From Nemertoderma westbladi (taxonomy: Eukaryota; Animalia; Xenacoelomorpha): a stretch of DNA of 38,138 nucleotides. The translations under genes were made by a program, and so were the position numbers. The notes under the pieces are model-generated. The model saw only the letters and a program-made list of their open reading frames with translations, was not told the origin of the DNA and did no database searches. The stretch lies in NCBI GenBank assembly GCA_032718475.1, contig JAUCBJ010002562.1, positions 1 through 38,138 on the forward strand, read 5' to 3'. This document shows positions 1 through 11,614 of this stretch, one piece after another (position 1 is the first letter of the stretch; every line of letters begins with the position of its first letter).

Positions 1-5
1 TTCAG

Positions 6-340
6 TTAAGAGGATGCCTACCATCTATCGACGCTTTAGCTTTAATAATCAAGAAACTTATTGCTACGATCCGGGATTTTATGGAATGAAACATCGAAAC
101 GGCAATGATCGTGACTCTGGTTTGTACGACTTGGAGCGTCAGGTCAATGAATCCGCGGAACAAGGAATGGGACATAATGTCGGAAATACAGAATTCGCGA
201 CAATCGCAGAAACCGATGATACCCGATCGGAAGAAGCCTTTGCGTTCCAAGGAAATAATGCTGAACATGAAGTAGATATGAGTAACACATCTCATACGAT
301 GAATCTCATCGCACATGATGAAAGAATAAGTTTAAACTAA
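6..340 (+). CDS. Possible terminal coding exon of an upstream gene (acidic, low-complexity C-terminus), unidentified
   Basis: The window starts TTCAG| (acceptor-like). The frame is open from base 2 to TAA at 338-340 and is richer in GC than the AT-rich sequence that follows. No recognisable domain. Confidence 0.35.
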
Positions 341-744
341 ATATGCCAGGATAATGTACAGATTGATGACATGATGAATGATACTTAAATGATGTTATTG
401 CTTGGTAAAATTAACCAATTAACTAGTTTTCAGCCATTTTCAGCCATTCTGCCTCCCACAATCGCTTTACTAATGTAACCATTTATACATTTGAAAGTAT
501 GTGGTTTGCAGGTAATTATTAATTTTAACATTTCAAATAAATATTATTTAATGATAATGAAATATTTCATATGAATATTACTTTAATACCGCAATAAGAT
601 ATGTTCGTTTTACAGCGTTTAGAACGCATAAATGTTATTTAAGCACAGTGACTGTATTTGAAAAAAAGGTATCTCTAGGGCAAATATTTCGCATATATGA
701 AATACAATTTTCTTTATTGTTTTGTTTAGAAAACCCGGCACTGT

Positions 745-1090
745 TGTTACGGTTACCTGCTCCTTTCCCTTACGCCCCTCACACGGAGCAACTTGTTTCT
801 GCAACTCGATAGGCCAGGGATTACGCACAAAGTATGACGACTTATTTGCAGTGCGGTCCCCCCAGAACTTCACTCCCCAGAGGAAACTCCAGTACTCATT
901 TAGCTACCATTTAATTAATTTTTTAATTAATTAATTAATAATTTAAAGATGCAAGGCAGATAATCGCCCTGGCTAGTCCCTTTAAAGCATTCGTGCCGAA
1001 ACGAAAACTTCATGGCCGCCATGAGGGGATTGACCCCACGACCTCCGGGAGATGTGACTTCAATGTAACCTCTACACCAAGGTGGAACCT
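745..1090 (-). mobile_element. Probable tRNA-derived SINE (decayed)
   Basis: Minus strand 1090->1015 reads ...TTGGTGTAGAGGTTA (A-box-like)...GGGGTCAATCCC (B-box-like). A downstream body contains TAAATGAGTACTGGAGTTTCCTCTGGGG, which resembles conserved SINE core segments. No intact cloverleaf; boundaries are approximate. Confidence 0.45.
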
Positions 1091-2324
1091 AGGAAAAAGT
1101 ACTCCCTTTCTCTCGATTTTGGGGTATATTCGAGCGAAAAGTACAATTTAAGAATAAAATACATTTGTATACATTGACGCCACACTAGATACAGTCTGTT
1201 GCGATAACGACACACATTTCTTTAGCCCTGATTATGAGCTACTAAAGATACGACCATGAAAGCTGCATTCTCCCTACTACATTTAGTATCTTTAGTAGGT
1301 GATGGCATGACTATGCTATGGAAAGAAAACTTGACGCAATCAAAATTAATTCTTATCCGGGGGGGAATCAATGCCAATAAGGCACCCATAGAGGAAGTGA
1401 CTCGATGTTGGTGAATTGAAGTCATTCGGGTCGGTGTCGGAACCCACCGCAGTTAGGGGTCAAAGGGTAGCCAAGACCATGTGGTTGCGTGGGATGGGAA
1501 CAATGTCATTGATGAAAGTTTCCCAAAAGTCTTAGCATTATCAGAGTATAAATGTACAGATGTAAACGGCCGAATTCGACTAGCCAGGAAATGACGAATA
1601 GCAAGGTGGTCATGGGTGCAGATCTATCAGAGACAAGTTCGATGTGAATGGCTCGGATGGTCGAACAAGTGAACAGAAGACATTGACATGGGGATCCATC
1701 ACTAATGTCGAGGGGTCCAAAAAAGTCTATGTCAGTGGAATGAAATGGGATCAACACTGTATCCGAAATAAAGGCATTTTAGCGTCAGTGCGAGTGGTTT
1801 GATAAGGAACAACACAATATTGTTTGCATGGAGGGCCACGGAATGCATGGACAAGAGAACGACCATGAGGGATCCAATATTTGAAACGTACAAGAGCCAG
1901 AGTAGCCTAAGCCCCTTGGTGCATAAGACATGTACAGTATAGTATGGCACTCCATAATGATCAGGGATGCCAATGGACTTTGGCGAGGGATGATAGGACA
2001 TGGAGGTTCGGAGATACATGGAATCATAATAATCCCATCGATCAATGTGACATGGAGGCTCCACAGTAGTGACGGTGGTGCAACAGATGTGTGAGTCTTC
2101 AGGAAACGAAAAGTTTAGGTTCAACAGGCCATGAAGACTCATGCTGAATCAGAAACTCGCAACCATCAATATATGAATGATTAGCAAATGAAGCTATATT
2201 CGGCTGGGTTGCTAGTCGTTGGAACATATCACATATCATCAATGATGGGGTTCCATAAATTTAGCAATCTCGGCCAGGCGATTGGCATTAAACACAACAT
2301 GCATACAACACAACATACCCTTAC

Positions 2325-3132
2325 TATGGGGCGCCGTTCTGGTCAAATGCACATGCCATTCTCGCTGCGAGAATCTCGTTGCGAGAATACATTCTCGCAG
2401 CGAGATTGACTTCTCGCACCGAGAATGTGTTCTCGCTGCGAGAATCTCGCAGCGAGATTTCATTCTCGCAGCGAGATGTCATTCTCGCAGCGAGATGTCA
2501 TTCTCGCAGCGAGATGTCATTCTCGCAGCGAGATGTCATTCTCGAAGCGAGATATCATTCTCGCAGAGAGATGTCATTCTCGCAGAGAGATGTCATTCTC
2601 GCAGCGAGATGTCATTCCCGCATCGAGATGTCATTCTCGCAGAAAGATGCCATTCTCGCAGCGAGATGCTATTGGTAAAATTCTAGTACTAGAAAAATTT
2701 ATTTTTGAACGGCGATGTTTGGGGTTTCGAAACATGGATATGCTGAAAGAGGACATTAAGTTGAATAGAAAAGACCCATCTTTTTTGAACCAAGTGTTCC
2801 GGAGTTATAGCGGATCTAAAATAAAATTACCCCCCCCCCCCCAAGATTTTTTGCGTTAACAATTTTTTGCGTCATTTTTGATATGGAATAGATTGGTAGT
2901 ACTGGCTACGAAACATTTTTGGTCAGAAAAAATCATGGAAAAGTATCTTCTCAACTCGACACACTACTGTATAACTAAAATAATTAAACTTAAATATAAT
3001 TAAATAATTAAATAACTAAAAAACCATTCAGGTGGCCAGCATTTCCCAGGAACCTATTGTAGACATCTCGCCGCCGGAGTGACATCTCGCTGCGAGAATG
3101 ACATGTGCATTTGACCAGAACGGCGGCCCATA
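2325..3132. mobile_element. Non-autonomous DNA transposon (MITE-like) with about 45-bp TIRs and subterminal 19-bp repeats
   Basis: The left end TATGGGGCGCCGTTCTGGTCAAATGCACATGCCATTCTCGC is the near-perfect reverse complement of the right end GCGAGAATGACATGTGCATTTGACCAGAACGGCGGCCCATA. TSD is ambiguous: TA, or imperfect TACCCTTAC / TACCCTAC. Confidence 0.85.
2349..2668. repeat. 19-bp tandem repeat GTCATTCTCGCAGCGAGAT with palindromic core TCTCGC-W-GCGAGA
   Basis: Directly visible period of 19, roughly 16 copies, inside the TIR element. One to two inverted copies lie near the right TIR. Confidence 0.95.
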
Positions 3133-3907
3133 CCCTACGGATCCAAACAAGGGTGCATTAGGAATCACTCAGAGATTATAGTCCGTCAAGGTATAAATAC
3201 AGTAAGGCCTGATAAAGTTGTCCACAAAAGCGAGTCCCAAGTACTGCTGCCCAGCCTTCCAGCCGTCCGATAGACAGTCTTTTATTGATAGGGGCTGGGG
3301 CTGGGATTTACAGAAGATATGATAAGATAGGATAGTGCTGTGGTCAGGTGGTCAGTGGTTGTACATTAGGATACAATAAACGCATTTACATAAGAAGATG
3401 CATCACAGAAGCATATCTGTGTACTCATTGAAATTGATGAAGCGAGGGATGGATACAATAGGCTGCGCATCAGCGACTCAGTGGCGACAGCTAAAGTTGA
3501 AGGTCAGGCGAAAGTTTCTCATCCCAGTCTTTAGTATGCTGGTATGAGCCCAATAAATTGACGCCCGAAATGCGTATTGGCAATAATAATTTAATTTTAA
3601 TATTTATATTTTTGGTATCAAGGCAGCAAGGCTTACTTACAGCTTAGGCTGCTCCCGCACAGCCCTAGCTGGCTTGCAGTGTTGCCCTTCTGCCCCATGG
3701 AAGGGTTGACTCGCAGGCTTCTGTGATATCAGTATTCAGTAGGCCTACATTCTCAACCACAAAAATCGAATTACTGGATTTCATAATTATAACAGGACCG
3801 GCAGTAATACCGGTCATTAATTTATAAAATAATGGATCGGCAATTAATTTTCCAAAACACATTTTGAATATTTGGCTAGGCTATATTGAACAACCAATCA
3901 TCTGATC

Positions 3908-5767
3908 ATGGATAACTGCAAGACAACCTTGGTGACTCCCTCCAACCGGCACCAACTCCAGCTTGTGTTTGGGGAGGCCACTCGGCGTTACATGGAAGTA
4001 TTCAACGCGGTAGACACCAATTGGACTGGCCGCCTTTACCCTAAAGCTGCGACGGAGGCATTCAACCGACTGAAACTCTACCCCTCGCGAACACAAATAC
4101 GGGACATGATCCGGTGCGCCTCCGAATGCCGTAGGCTCGTAAACAAAGAGGACTCCGATGGCGACTTCTTAGAGTTCGGCGAGTTCTGTATCTGCGCTGT
4201 CGAGTTGCAGTTCCTCTATATAGTGGAGCGGGAAACCGGCGGATCTTCAACCTATAAACCCCGGCGACAATCAGAGATGCGAACCCGTCCAGGCCTACCC
4301 CGCAGCGCCAGTCTAACTGTAGAGAAGCAATACAGACCGACGTTTAACGGTATTAAAAAGCAATTTATATTTAAACTGTCTCGAAGTACCAGCTCCGGTT
4401 GGCTTCAAAACGGTCTCAAAAAACGACGTCCTTCAAATCTTCTTGCTAACTTTGAGGTTTTCCTCGGAGGTGCTTGTAACCCCACGACGTGGCGGCAAGA
4501 TTTGGCGATCCCCCTTCTCAAAGAATACGGGATCACCTACTACAATCCACAGGTGTCCTTCTGGGGGCCGGAGCTAATCGAAATTGAAGAACACGCGAAA
4601 CAATCAGCGGAACTGCTACTATTCGTTATCGATAACTCACGGACTCGCGGAGTAACTTCCATGGTTGAGAGCGCCTACTTAGCGGGTTGTGGAAGGCCGT
4701 TACTCCTCGTGATTACGGGTCCTATGGAAACCGGCACTCGGATAGGTGGGAGCCCTGTGAGCGAGCGGGAGCAAGTCGATCTAAACCGCGGTCAGGCCTT
4801 CCTGTACGAGTTGGTTGAACGAACCGGGATGCCTGTCCTCGACTCCATAGAGACGGGGATACAATGTGCGGCATCTGTTCTACGCAAGGATCACAACCCC
4901 GCGCCCGTGTTCCCCATCAAACACCCCCATCTACAGATCGGCGACCAACTCATCCGGTTGAGCTCAGCGTTCGCTGACGCAGACCATCTGGGCGCGCGGA
5001 CCGTGACACTGCATGAAGCGATCACCGCGATCAGGATCAGTCTCGGTCTCCAGATCGCCGACTCGGACCCATCCGATCTCGGAATCGGTAACAAGATCCA
5101 TCCGACACCGAACGCGACACTCAACCTCACCGAGTTCCTCTCTCTCTCCGCCCAGGTTCTCACCCACCGCCTCATCTCCCGTTCGCCTCTCCGCTTTTCT
5201 TTCTCCTCCGTCTTCCACTTCATTCTCCGCTCTATCTCTTCCGCGTTCCTCTCACCTCGCCTACCCCCTCCTCCTCCCTTCGCTCGCGCTGTCTTCCTCG
5301 GGGGCTCCTGTGGCGACTCAACTTGGCGTGATAAGCTAGCCATCCCGTTACTAAGGAAACACGGTATGACCTACTTCAACCCGCAACTGACCGATTGGTG
5401 TCTGCGATTAATTCCATTGGAGAGCGAAGCTAAGTCTCAATGTTCCGTTATTCTGTTTGTAATCACCTCAGTGTCTCGCTCAGTGGCCTCGCTAATAGAG
5501 GCGGGTTACTTCGTTGGACAGGGCCGTTCCATGGTACTCTGCATAAACGATATCCCGGAGGGCGGACTGGTAGACGGGGAACCGATACAGGAACGAGCTC
5601 GGAACGACTACAATCGTGCTCGTTCCAACCTCGCGGATATCGCCAATAGAGCAGGGGTTCCTATACTCGATAGTGTGGAGGAGGCTGTGGATTGCGTTAT
5701 CAGCATGGTCAAAGAGATTGGGGAAGGTGACAGGGGTCGGGTAAGATCCTGGTCACCTAGGGTGTGA
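3908..5767 (+). CDS. raw: Raw/OLRN-1-like protein, 619 aa: two nucleoside 2-deoxyribosyltransferase-like (raw repeat) domains, each preceded by an EF-hand-like region
   Basis: Uninterrupted ORF with two copies of the raw-repeat signature: VFLGGACNPTTWRQDLAIPLL..GITYYNPQV..W and VFLGGSCGDSTWRDKLAIPLL..GMTYFNPQL..W. EF-like loops: FNAVDTNWTGRL, DSDGDFLEFGEF, FADADHLGARTV, TLNLTEFL. Confidence 0.85.
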   Translation: MDNCKTTLVTPSNRHQLQLVFGEATRRYMEVFNAVDTNWTGRLYPKAATEAFNRLKLYPSRTQIRDMIRCASECRRLVNKEDSDGDFLEFGEFCICAVELQFLYIVERETGGSSTYKPRRQSEMRTRPGLPRSASLTVEKQYRPTFNGIKKQFIFKLSRSTSSGWLQNGLKKRRPSNLLANFEVFLGGACNPTTWRQDLAIPLLKEYGITYYNPQVSFWGPELIEIEEHAKQSAELLLFVIDNSRTRGVTSMVESAYLAGCGRPLLLVITGPMETGTRIGGSPVSEREQVDLNRGQAFLYELVERTGMPVLDSIETGIQCAASVLRKDHNPAPVFPIKHPHLQIGDQLIRLSSAFADADHLGARTVTLHEAITAIRISLGLQIADSDPSDLGIGNKIHPTPNATLNLTEFLSLSAQVLTHRLISRSPLRFSFSSVFHFILRSISSAFLSPRLPPPPPFARAVFLGGSCGDSTWRDKLAIPLLRKHGMTYFNPQLTDWCLRLIPLESEAKSQCSVILFVITSVSRSVASLIEAGYFVGQGRSMVLCINDIPEGGLVDGEPIQERARNDYNRARSNLADIANRAGVPILDSVEEAVDCVISMVKEIGEGDRGRVRSWSPRV

Positions 5768-6625
5768 CATCATTGTCTCCTAGAGTGTGACATGGTCTCC
5801 TAGGGTGTGACATCACGGTCTCCTAGTGTGTGACATGGTATCCTAGGGTGTGACATCATGGTCTCCTTTGGTGTGACATCTGGCCTCCTAGGGTTTGACA
5901 TCCCGGTCTCCTAGGGTGTGACATCATGGTCTCCTAGAGTGTGACATCATGGTCGCCCAGGGTGTGACGTCATGGTATCCTAGGGTGTGACATCATGGTA
6001 TCCTAGGAAGTGACATGGTCTCCTAGGGTATGACATCATGGTCTCCTAGGGTGTGACATCATGGTCTCCTAGGGTGTGACATCATGGTTTCTTTTGGTGT
6101 GACATCTGGCCTCCTAGGGTGTGACATAGGAGTCCATCTCCTAGTGTGTGACATCATGGACTCCTATAAGGTGTGACATCATGGTCGCCCAGGGTGTGGC
6201 ATGGTCTCCTAGGGTGTGACATCATGGACTCCTAGGGTGTGACATCATGGTCGCCCAGGGTGTGACATGGTCTCCTAGGGTGTGACATCATGGTATCCTA
6301 GTGTGTGACATCATGGTCTCCTAGGGTGTGACATCATGGTCTCCTAGTGTGTGACATTATGGTATCCTAGGGTGTGACATCGTGGTCTCCTTTGGTGTGA
6401 CATCTGGCCTCCTAGGCTTTGACATCCCGGTCTCCTAGAGTGTGACATCATGGTATCCTAGAGTGTGACATCATGGTCTCCTAGGGTGTGACATCATGGT
6501 TTCCTAGGGTGTGACATCATGGTTTCCTAGGGTGTGAGATCATGGTCTCCTAGGGTGTGACATCATGGTCTCCTAGGGTGTGACATCATGGTCTCCTAGG
6601 GTGTGACATCATGGTCTCCTAGGGT
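5751..6625. repeat. 23-bp minisatellite GGTCTCCTAGGGTGTGACATCAT starting in the last codons and stop of the raw-like gene
   Basis: Period 23 with some 20-22-nt variants, about 39 units. The first unit encodes ..SPRV-TGA. Confidence 0.95.
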
Positions 6626-6814
6626 ACCAGATTGCGGTCATCTAGAATACGTGAAATCCATGATTATGTTTTGATCGTGGTTGTTTGGAACTTTGGGAGT
6701 ATATAATATGTAGAACCACTCAATGGAGGGGTGGGTGGGGGTTGGGGCGTATTTGTAAGATTCTCTCGCCTTGCAATAAAAGTAGTACATTTGCGACATG
6801 AAGGTAAACATACT

Positions 6815-9700
6815 GGTCTACGGTCACCCAAGTCCGTTCTACGGCCCCCTGTCCGTTCTACGGTCACCCGGTCCGTTCTAAATTCACCCTGTCCGTTCTA
6901 AATTCACCCTGTCCGTTCTACATTCACCCTATCCGTTCTACATTCATCCTGTCTGTTCTGCGGTCACCCAAGTCCGTTCTACGGCCCCCTGTCCGTTCTA
7001 CATTCACCCTGTCCGTTCTAAATTCACCCTGTCCGTTCTACATTCACCCTATCCGTTCTACATTCATCCTGTCTGTTCTGCGGTCACCCTGTCTGTTCTG
7101 CGGTCACCCTGTCAGTTCTACAGTCACCCTGTCCGTTCTACATTCACCCTGTCCGTTCTACATTCACCCTATCGTTCTACGGTTACCCAGTCCGTTCTAC
7201 TGTCACCCAGTCCGTTCTACAGTCACCCGGTCCGTTCTACAGTCACCCAGTCCGTTCTATAGCCCAATGCCAGTTCTACAGTCGCCCAGTCCGTTCTACA
7301 CTCACCCTGTCCGTTCTACATTCACCCTATCGTTCTACATTCATCCTGTCTGTTCTGCAGTTACCCTGTCAGTTCTACACTCACCCTGTCCGTTCTACAT
7401 TCACCCTGTCCGTTCTACGGTCACCCGGTCCGTTCTACAGTCACCCAGTCCGTTCTATAGCCCCATGCCAGTTCTACAGTCGCCCAGTCCGTTCTACGGT
7501 CACCCAGTCCGTTCTACAGTCACCCAGTCCGTTATACGGTCACCCAGTCCGCTCTACTGTCACCCAGTCCGTTATACGGCCACATGTTGGTAATACGGTG
7601 ACCCTGTCCTCCGTTATACGGCCCGCTGTCCGTTCTACAGTCACCCAGTCCGTTCTACGGTTACCCAGTCCGTTCTACAGTCACCCAGTCCGTTATACGG
7701 TCACCCAGTCCGTTCTACTGTCACCCAGTCCGTTATACGGCCACATGTTGGTAATACGGTGACCCTGTCCTCCGTTATACGGCCCGCTGTCCGTTCTACA
7801 GTCGCCCAGTCCGTTCTACGTTCACCCAGTCCGTTCTACAGTCACCCAGTCCGTTATACGGTCACCCAGTCCGTTATACGGCCACATGTTGGTAATATGG
7901 TGACCCTGTCCTCCGTTATACGGCCCGCTGTCCGTTCTACAGTCGCCCAGTCCGTTCTACGGTTACCCAGTCCGTTCTACAGTCACCCAGTCCGTTCTAC
8001 GGTCACCCAGTCCTTTATACGCCCACATGTCCGTTATACGGTGACCCTATCCTCCGTTCTACGGCCCCCTGTCCGTTCTACAGTCGCCCAGTCCGTTCTA
8101 CAGTTACCCAGTCCGTTCTACAGTCACCCAGTCCGTTCTACGGTCACCCAGTCCTTTATACGCCCACATGTCCGTTATACGGTGACCCTATCCTCCGTTC
8201 TACGGCCCCCTGTCCGTTCTACAGTCGCCCAGTCCGTTCTACGTTCACCCAGTCCGTTCTACAGTCACCCAGTCCGTTATACGGTCACCCAGTCCGTTAT
8301 ACGGCCACATGTTGGTAATACGGTGACCCTGTCCTCCGTTATACGGCCCGCTGTCCGTTCTACAGTCGCCCAGTCCGTTCTACGTTCACCCAGTCCGTTC
8401 TACAGTCACCCAGTCCGTTATACGGTCACCCAGTCCGTTATACGGCCACATGTTGGTAATACGGTGACCCTGTCCTCCGTCATACGGCCCGCTGTCCGTT
8501 CTACAGTCACCCAGTCCGTTCTACGGTTACCCAGTCCGTTCTACAGTCACCCATTCCGTTATACGGTCACCCAGTCCGTTATACGGTCACCCAGTCCGTT
8601 ATACGGCCACATGTTGGTAATACGGAGACCCTGTCCTCCGTTATACGGCCCGCTGTCCGTTCTACAGTCGCCCAGTCCGTTCTACGTTCACCCAGTCCGT
8701 TCTACAGTCACCCAGTCCGTTATACGGTCACCCAGTCCGTTATACGGCCACATGTTGGTAATACGGTGACCCTGTCCTCCGTTATACGGCCCGCTGTCCG
8801 TTCTACAGTCACCCAGTCCGTTCTACAGTCACCCAGTCCGTTCTACAGTCACCCAGTCCGTTATACGGTCACCCAGTCCGTTCTACAGTCACCCAGTCCG
8901 TTCTACGGTCACCCAGTCCGTTATACGTCCACATGTCCGTTATACGGTGACCCTATCCTCCGTTCTACGGCCCCCTGTCCGTTCTACAGTTACCCAGTGC
9001 GTTCTACAGCCCCATGCCCGTTCTACGGCCCCCTGTCCTTTATACGGTCACCCAGTCCGTTCTACAGCCCAATGTATGTTCTACGGTCACCCAGTCCGTT
9101 CTACGGTCACCCAGTCCGTTCTACAGCCCCATATGCCCGTTCTACGGCCCCATGTCCGTTCTACAGTCACCCAGTCCGTTCTACGGTCACCCAGTCCGTT
9201 CTACGGTCACCCAGTCCGTTCTACAGTCACCCAGTCCGTTATACGGTCACCCAGTCCGTTCTACGGTCACCCAGTCCTTTATACGCCCACATGTCCGTTA
9301 TACGGTGACCCTATCCTCCGTTCTACGGCCCCCTGTCCGTTCTACGGCCCCCTGTCCGTTCTACAGTTACCCAGTGCGTTCTACAGCCCCATGCCCGTTC
9401 TACGGCCCCCTGTCCTTTATACGGTCACCCAGTCCGTTCTACAGCCCAATGTCTGTTCTACGGTCACCCAGTCCGTTCTACAGCCCCATATGCCCGTCCT
9501 ACGGCCCCCTGGCCGTTCTACGGTCACCCAGTCCGTTCTACAGCCCCATGTCTGTTCTACGGTCACCCTTTATTATAAGAAGGGATCTAGGGGTCTTGCA
9601 AACAGCTTGCCAACACATTGTTACTACGGTCACCCTGTCCCATCTACAGTCACCCGGTCCGTTCTACAGCCCCAGGTCGGTTCTACAGCCACCCAGTCCT
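6815..9700. repeat. 20-bp minisatellite (CAGTCACCCAGTCCGTTCTA) with a 141-bp higher-order repeat in its central part
   Basis: Period 20 is visible throughout. Between about 7580 and 8800 the variant CCACATGTTGGTAATACGGTGACCCTGTCCTCCG recurs mostly every 141 nt (47-aa period in ORF 7759-8769). Confidence 0.95.
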
Positions 9701-11188
9701 GTCAGTGGGGTTAGTCTGTCTTGGTCTGATTTTCTTTCCATCACATTACCTTCTGAATCTGTGATAATTTAATGAATCATACATGGAGTCTAGGAATTTA
9801 CGGGGTCTAGGGAACAGATTGGTCATAAGAGATCTTAATAATGTGTATAAATATTAGAATAAATAAATGTGTAATAAAGAAGTTAAATAAATTATTTATT
9901 AATAATTATTTATTGTGCCGATTACATGTTGCAGTTGTATTTAAGTGGTGCTTATTAATGCAAAGAGGGAGTTGTTCTACCAAACTGGAACTCTTAATTA
10001 GTTAATTACGTTTAGTTTTTATGTATTTATTTATATTATTATAATAATTTATGTATTATTTTATATATAGAGCTAAGTTTAATTTCACTTCTTCCGTCTA
10101 GGGTATGACTGAATTCATATGGCGCTTTATTCCTCTTGCGCCATTACTTTATTTTCATGCCATACAACTAAACTACACGTCATGTTCTTATTTGCCACGT
10201 ATATTAGCATACGTAAGTCGTCCTAGTGGTGGGGATAACGCATTCAAGAATACCGTTATCAGTGTAAAACAATTAAGGGGGAGGATCATGTTTCAGTGGC
10301 ACGTTATTCAAACCAAAACAATAAACTATAGTCAATTGAACAACCTGTTCTATTGATTTTATATATTTGCAGTTTTATTTTTGGAAGTAATCAGCTCTTA
10401 TTTGCGTCGATTTTCCACTGGAGAGGGATTAATTTTGTATTGCGCCAAAAGTTAGCCCTATCTGAAAATAGAATCAGTTATTGCATTAATTATGTCAAAC
10501 ATTATTTTTAGCGAAAGGATTTCATTTCCCGAGCGGTTAAGTTTATTTCTACTTTATTTCCCTGCAATAAATTGTTTTTATTAATTTGGAAAATGTTATT
10601 TATGTGGGGTGGGTGAGTGAGAACTGCGATGCGAGATTGAAATATAAATGTAATAATTGATAGATTCAATATTTTGGACAAACCTAGTCTGCGGGTTTCG
10701 GTTTCAGAAGCCATAATTGCCAATATATGTATCTAGCCATAGTATAATTATAACTAACTGTACGCTGAGATGGCTGGCAGGTTTCATGCACGAAGGCCCT
10801 AGCTAGACCTGTTGGTATAACATACAGTGTAAAACCTATTTATGGTATTTTTATTATTTAATTGTTATAATTAATTTTGTGTATTTCGTACATTTTTATG
10901 TTTGACGTATTATACTTAATGTCTTAACGAATTATGTTTTACTCAGGCTATATTTGCTGCTTAACATTGATTATAATGTAACAATATAATATTATATAAT
11001 GTAACTTTGAAGGCTGAAACGTATTATTTGCAAAGTCTCCCACTTCCGATTCCCTCTCCCTATATCACAATTTGTCACATAATTCTCGCACTGACCCCTA
11101 GTACATAATCACCTGAATTTTATTTCATAGTCTCAAATATTAATTGACCCGAAGTAATAGCGAGTTGTTGTAGCACATTATAACTATT

Positions 11189-11290
11189 ACACCATGTCCT
11201 GGAATATAGTCTTTATTCAGGCACCTGCCCCTCCCCCCTCCCTTTTTTTTCTACAAATCGTAATGAGATTGCATGAAATTTGAAACAGAT
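11189..11290 (+). repeat. Dispersed repeat (probable DNA-transposon end), with a second copy at 18751-18826
   Basis: ACACCATGTCCTGGAATATA and CTACAAATC.TAAT.AGATTGCATGAAATTTGAAACAG are shared with 18751-18826. A related inverted motif lies at about 34471-34491. Confidence 0.7.
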
Positions 11291-11614
11291 AGCCTCTGTT
11301 AAGCTTTTGCGGCAAAAATGTGGCGTTTTTGTGCAATTCGCGAACTACTCTAAAAGTGCCAGCATTATTTTATAGCACTATAGAATTTATAGATTTATGC
11401 CCTCGAGCGTCTGTTTTGGTATCGAGTTACCAATGACAAAATCTTCCAGCTGTTTCTTTATGCGTAGAGCCCATGTTGTATTTCGGCCAATCAGCCCTTG
11501 TGATATATATAAAATGACGCAATACGGCAAAAACTCACTTCCTGTGATTCCGACTTTGACCAGAAACATCAGCGGCCAGATGTCTTTTCTATCTAATCTA
11601 TTAACAACTTTCAT

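Larger units (their letters stand above)
1220..3190 (-). mobile_element. Decayed Bel/Pao LTR-retrotransposon pol remnant (RNase H end, integrase), interrupted by a TIR element
   Basis: Frameshifted minus-strand peptides occur in the Bel/Pao order: FNANRLAEIAKF..YVPTTSNPAE (RNase H FVANRV/NPAD region, 2300-2200), PIIPRQSPLASLIIMECH (integrase Zn region), PFHSTDIDFFGP..LLFTCSTIRAIHIELVSD (integrase core, 1750-1620), DPNDFNSPTSSHFLYG (TPxHFL motif, about 1430-1385). Confidence 0.85.

Noticed and set aside
1015-1090. Functional tRNA gene
   Set aside because: Box-like motifs are present, but the acceptor and anticodon stems do not pair convincingly. Treated as a SINE head.
2282-2859. Overlapping ORFs with ILAARCHSRSEMSFSQRDV repeats
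   Set aside because: Translation of the 19-bp repeat inside a MITE.
3195-3489. Possible 5' LTR of the Bel/Pao remnant (minus strand starts TGTCGCC, contains AATAAA)
   Set aside because: No second LTR, primer-binding site or TSD could be identified in the window.
4062-5649. Alternative-frame and antisense ORFs inside the raw-like CDS
   Set aside because: Expected shadows of a GC-rich coding region; no motifs.
7267-9772. Long ORFs (336, 255, 252, 180 aa) as Ser/Pro/Val-rich proteins
   Set aside because: They are by-products of a stop-poor 20-bp repeat. They overlap in several frames and mostly start at GTG or repeat-internal ATG.
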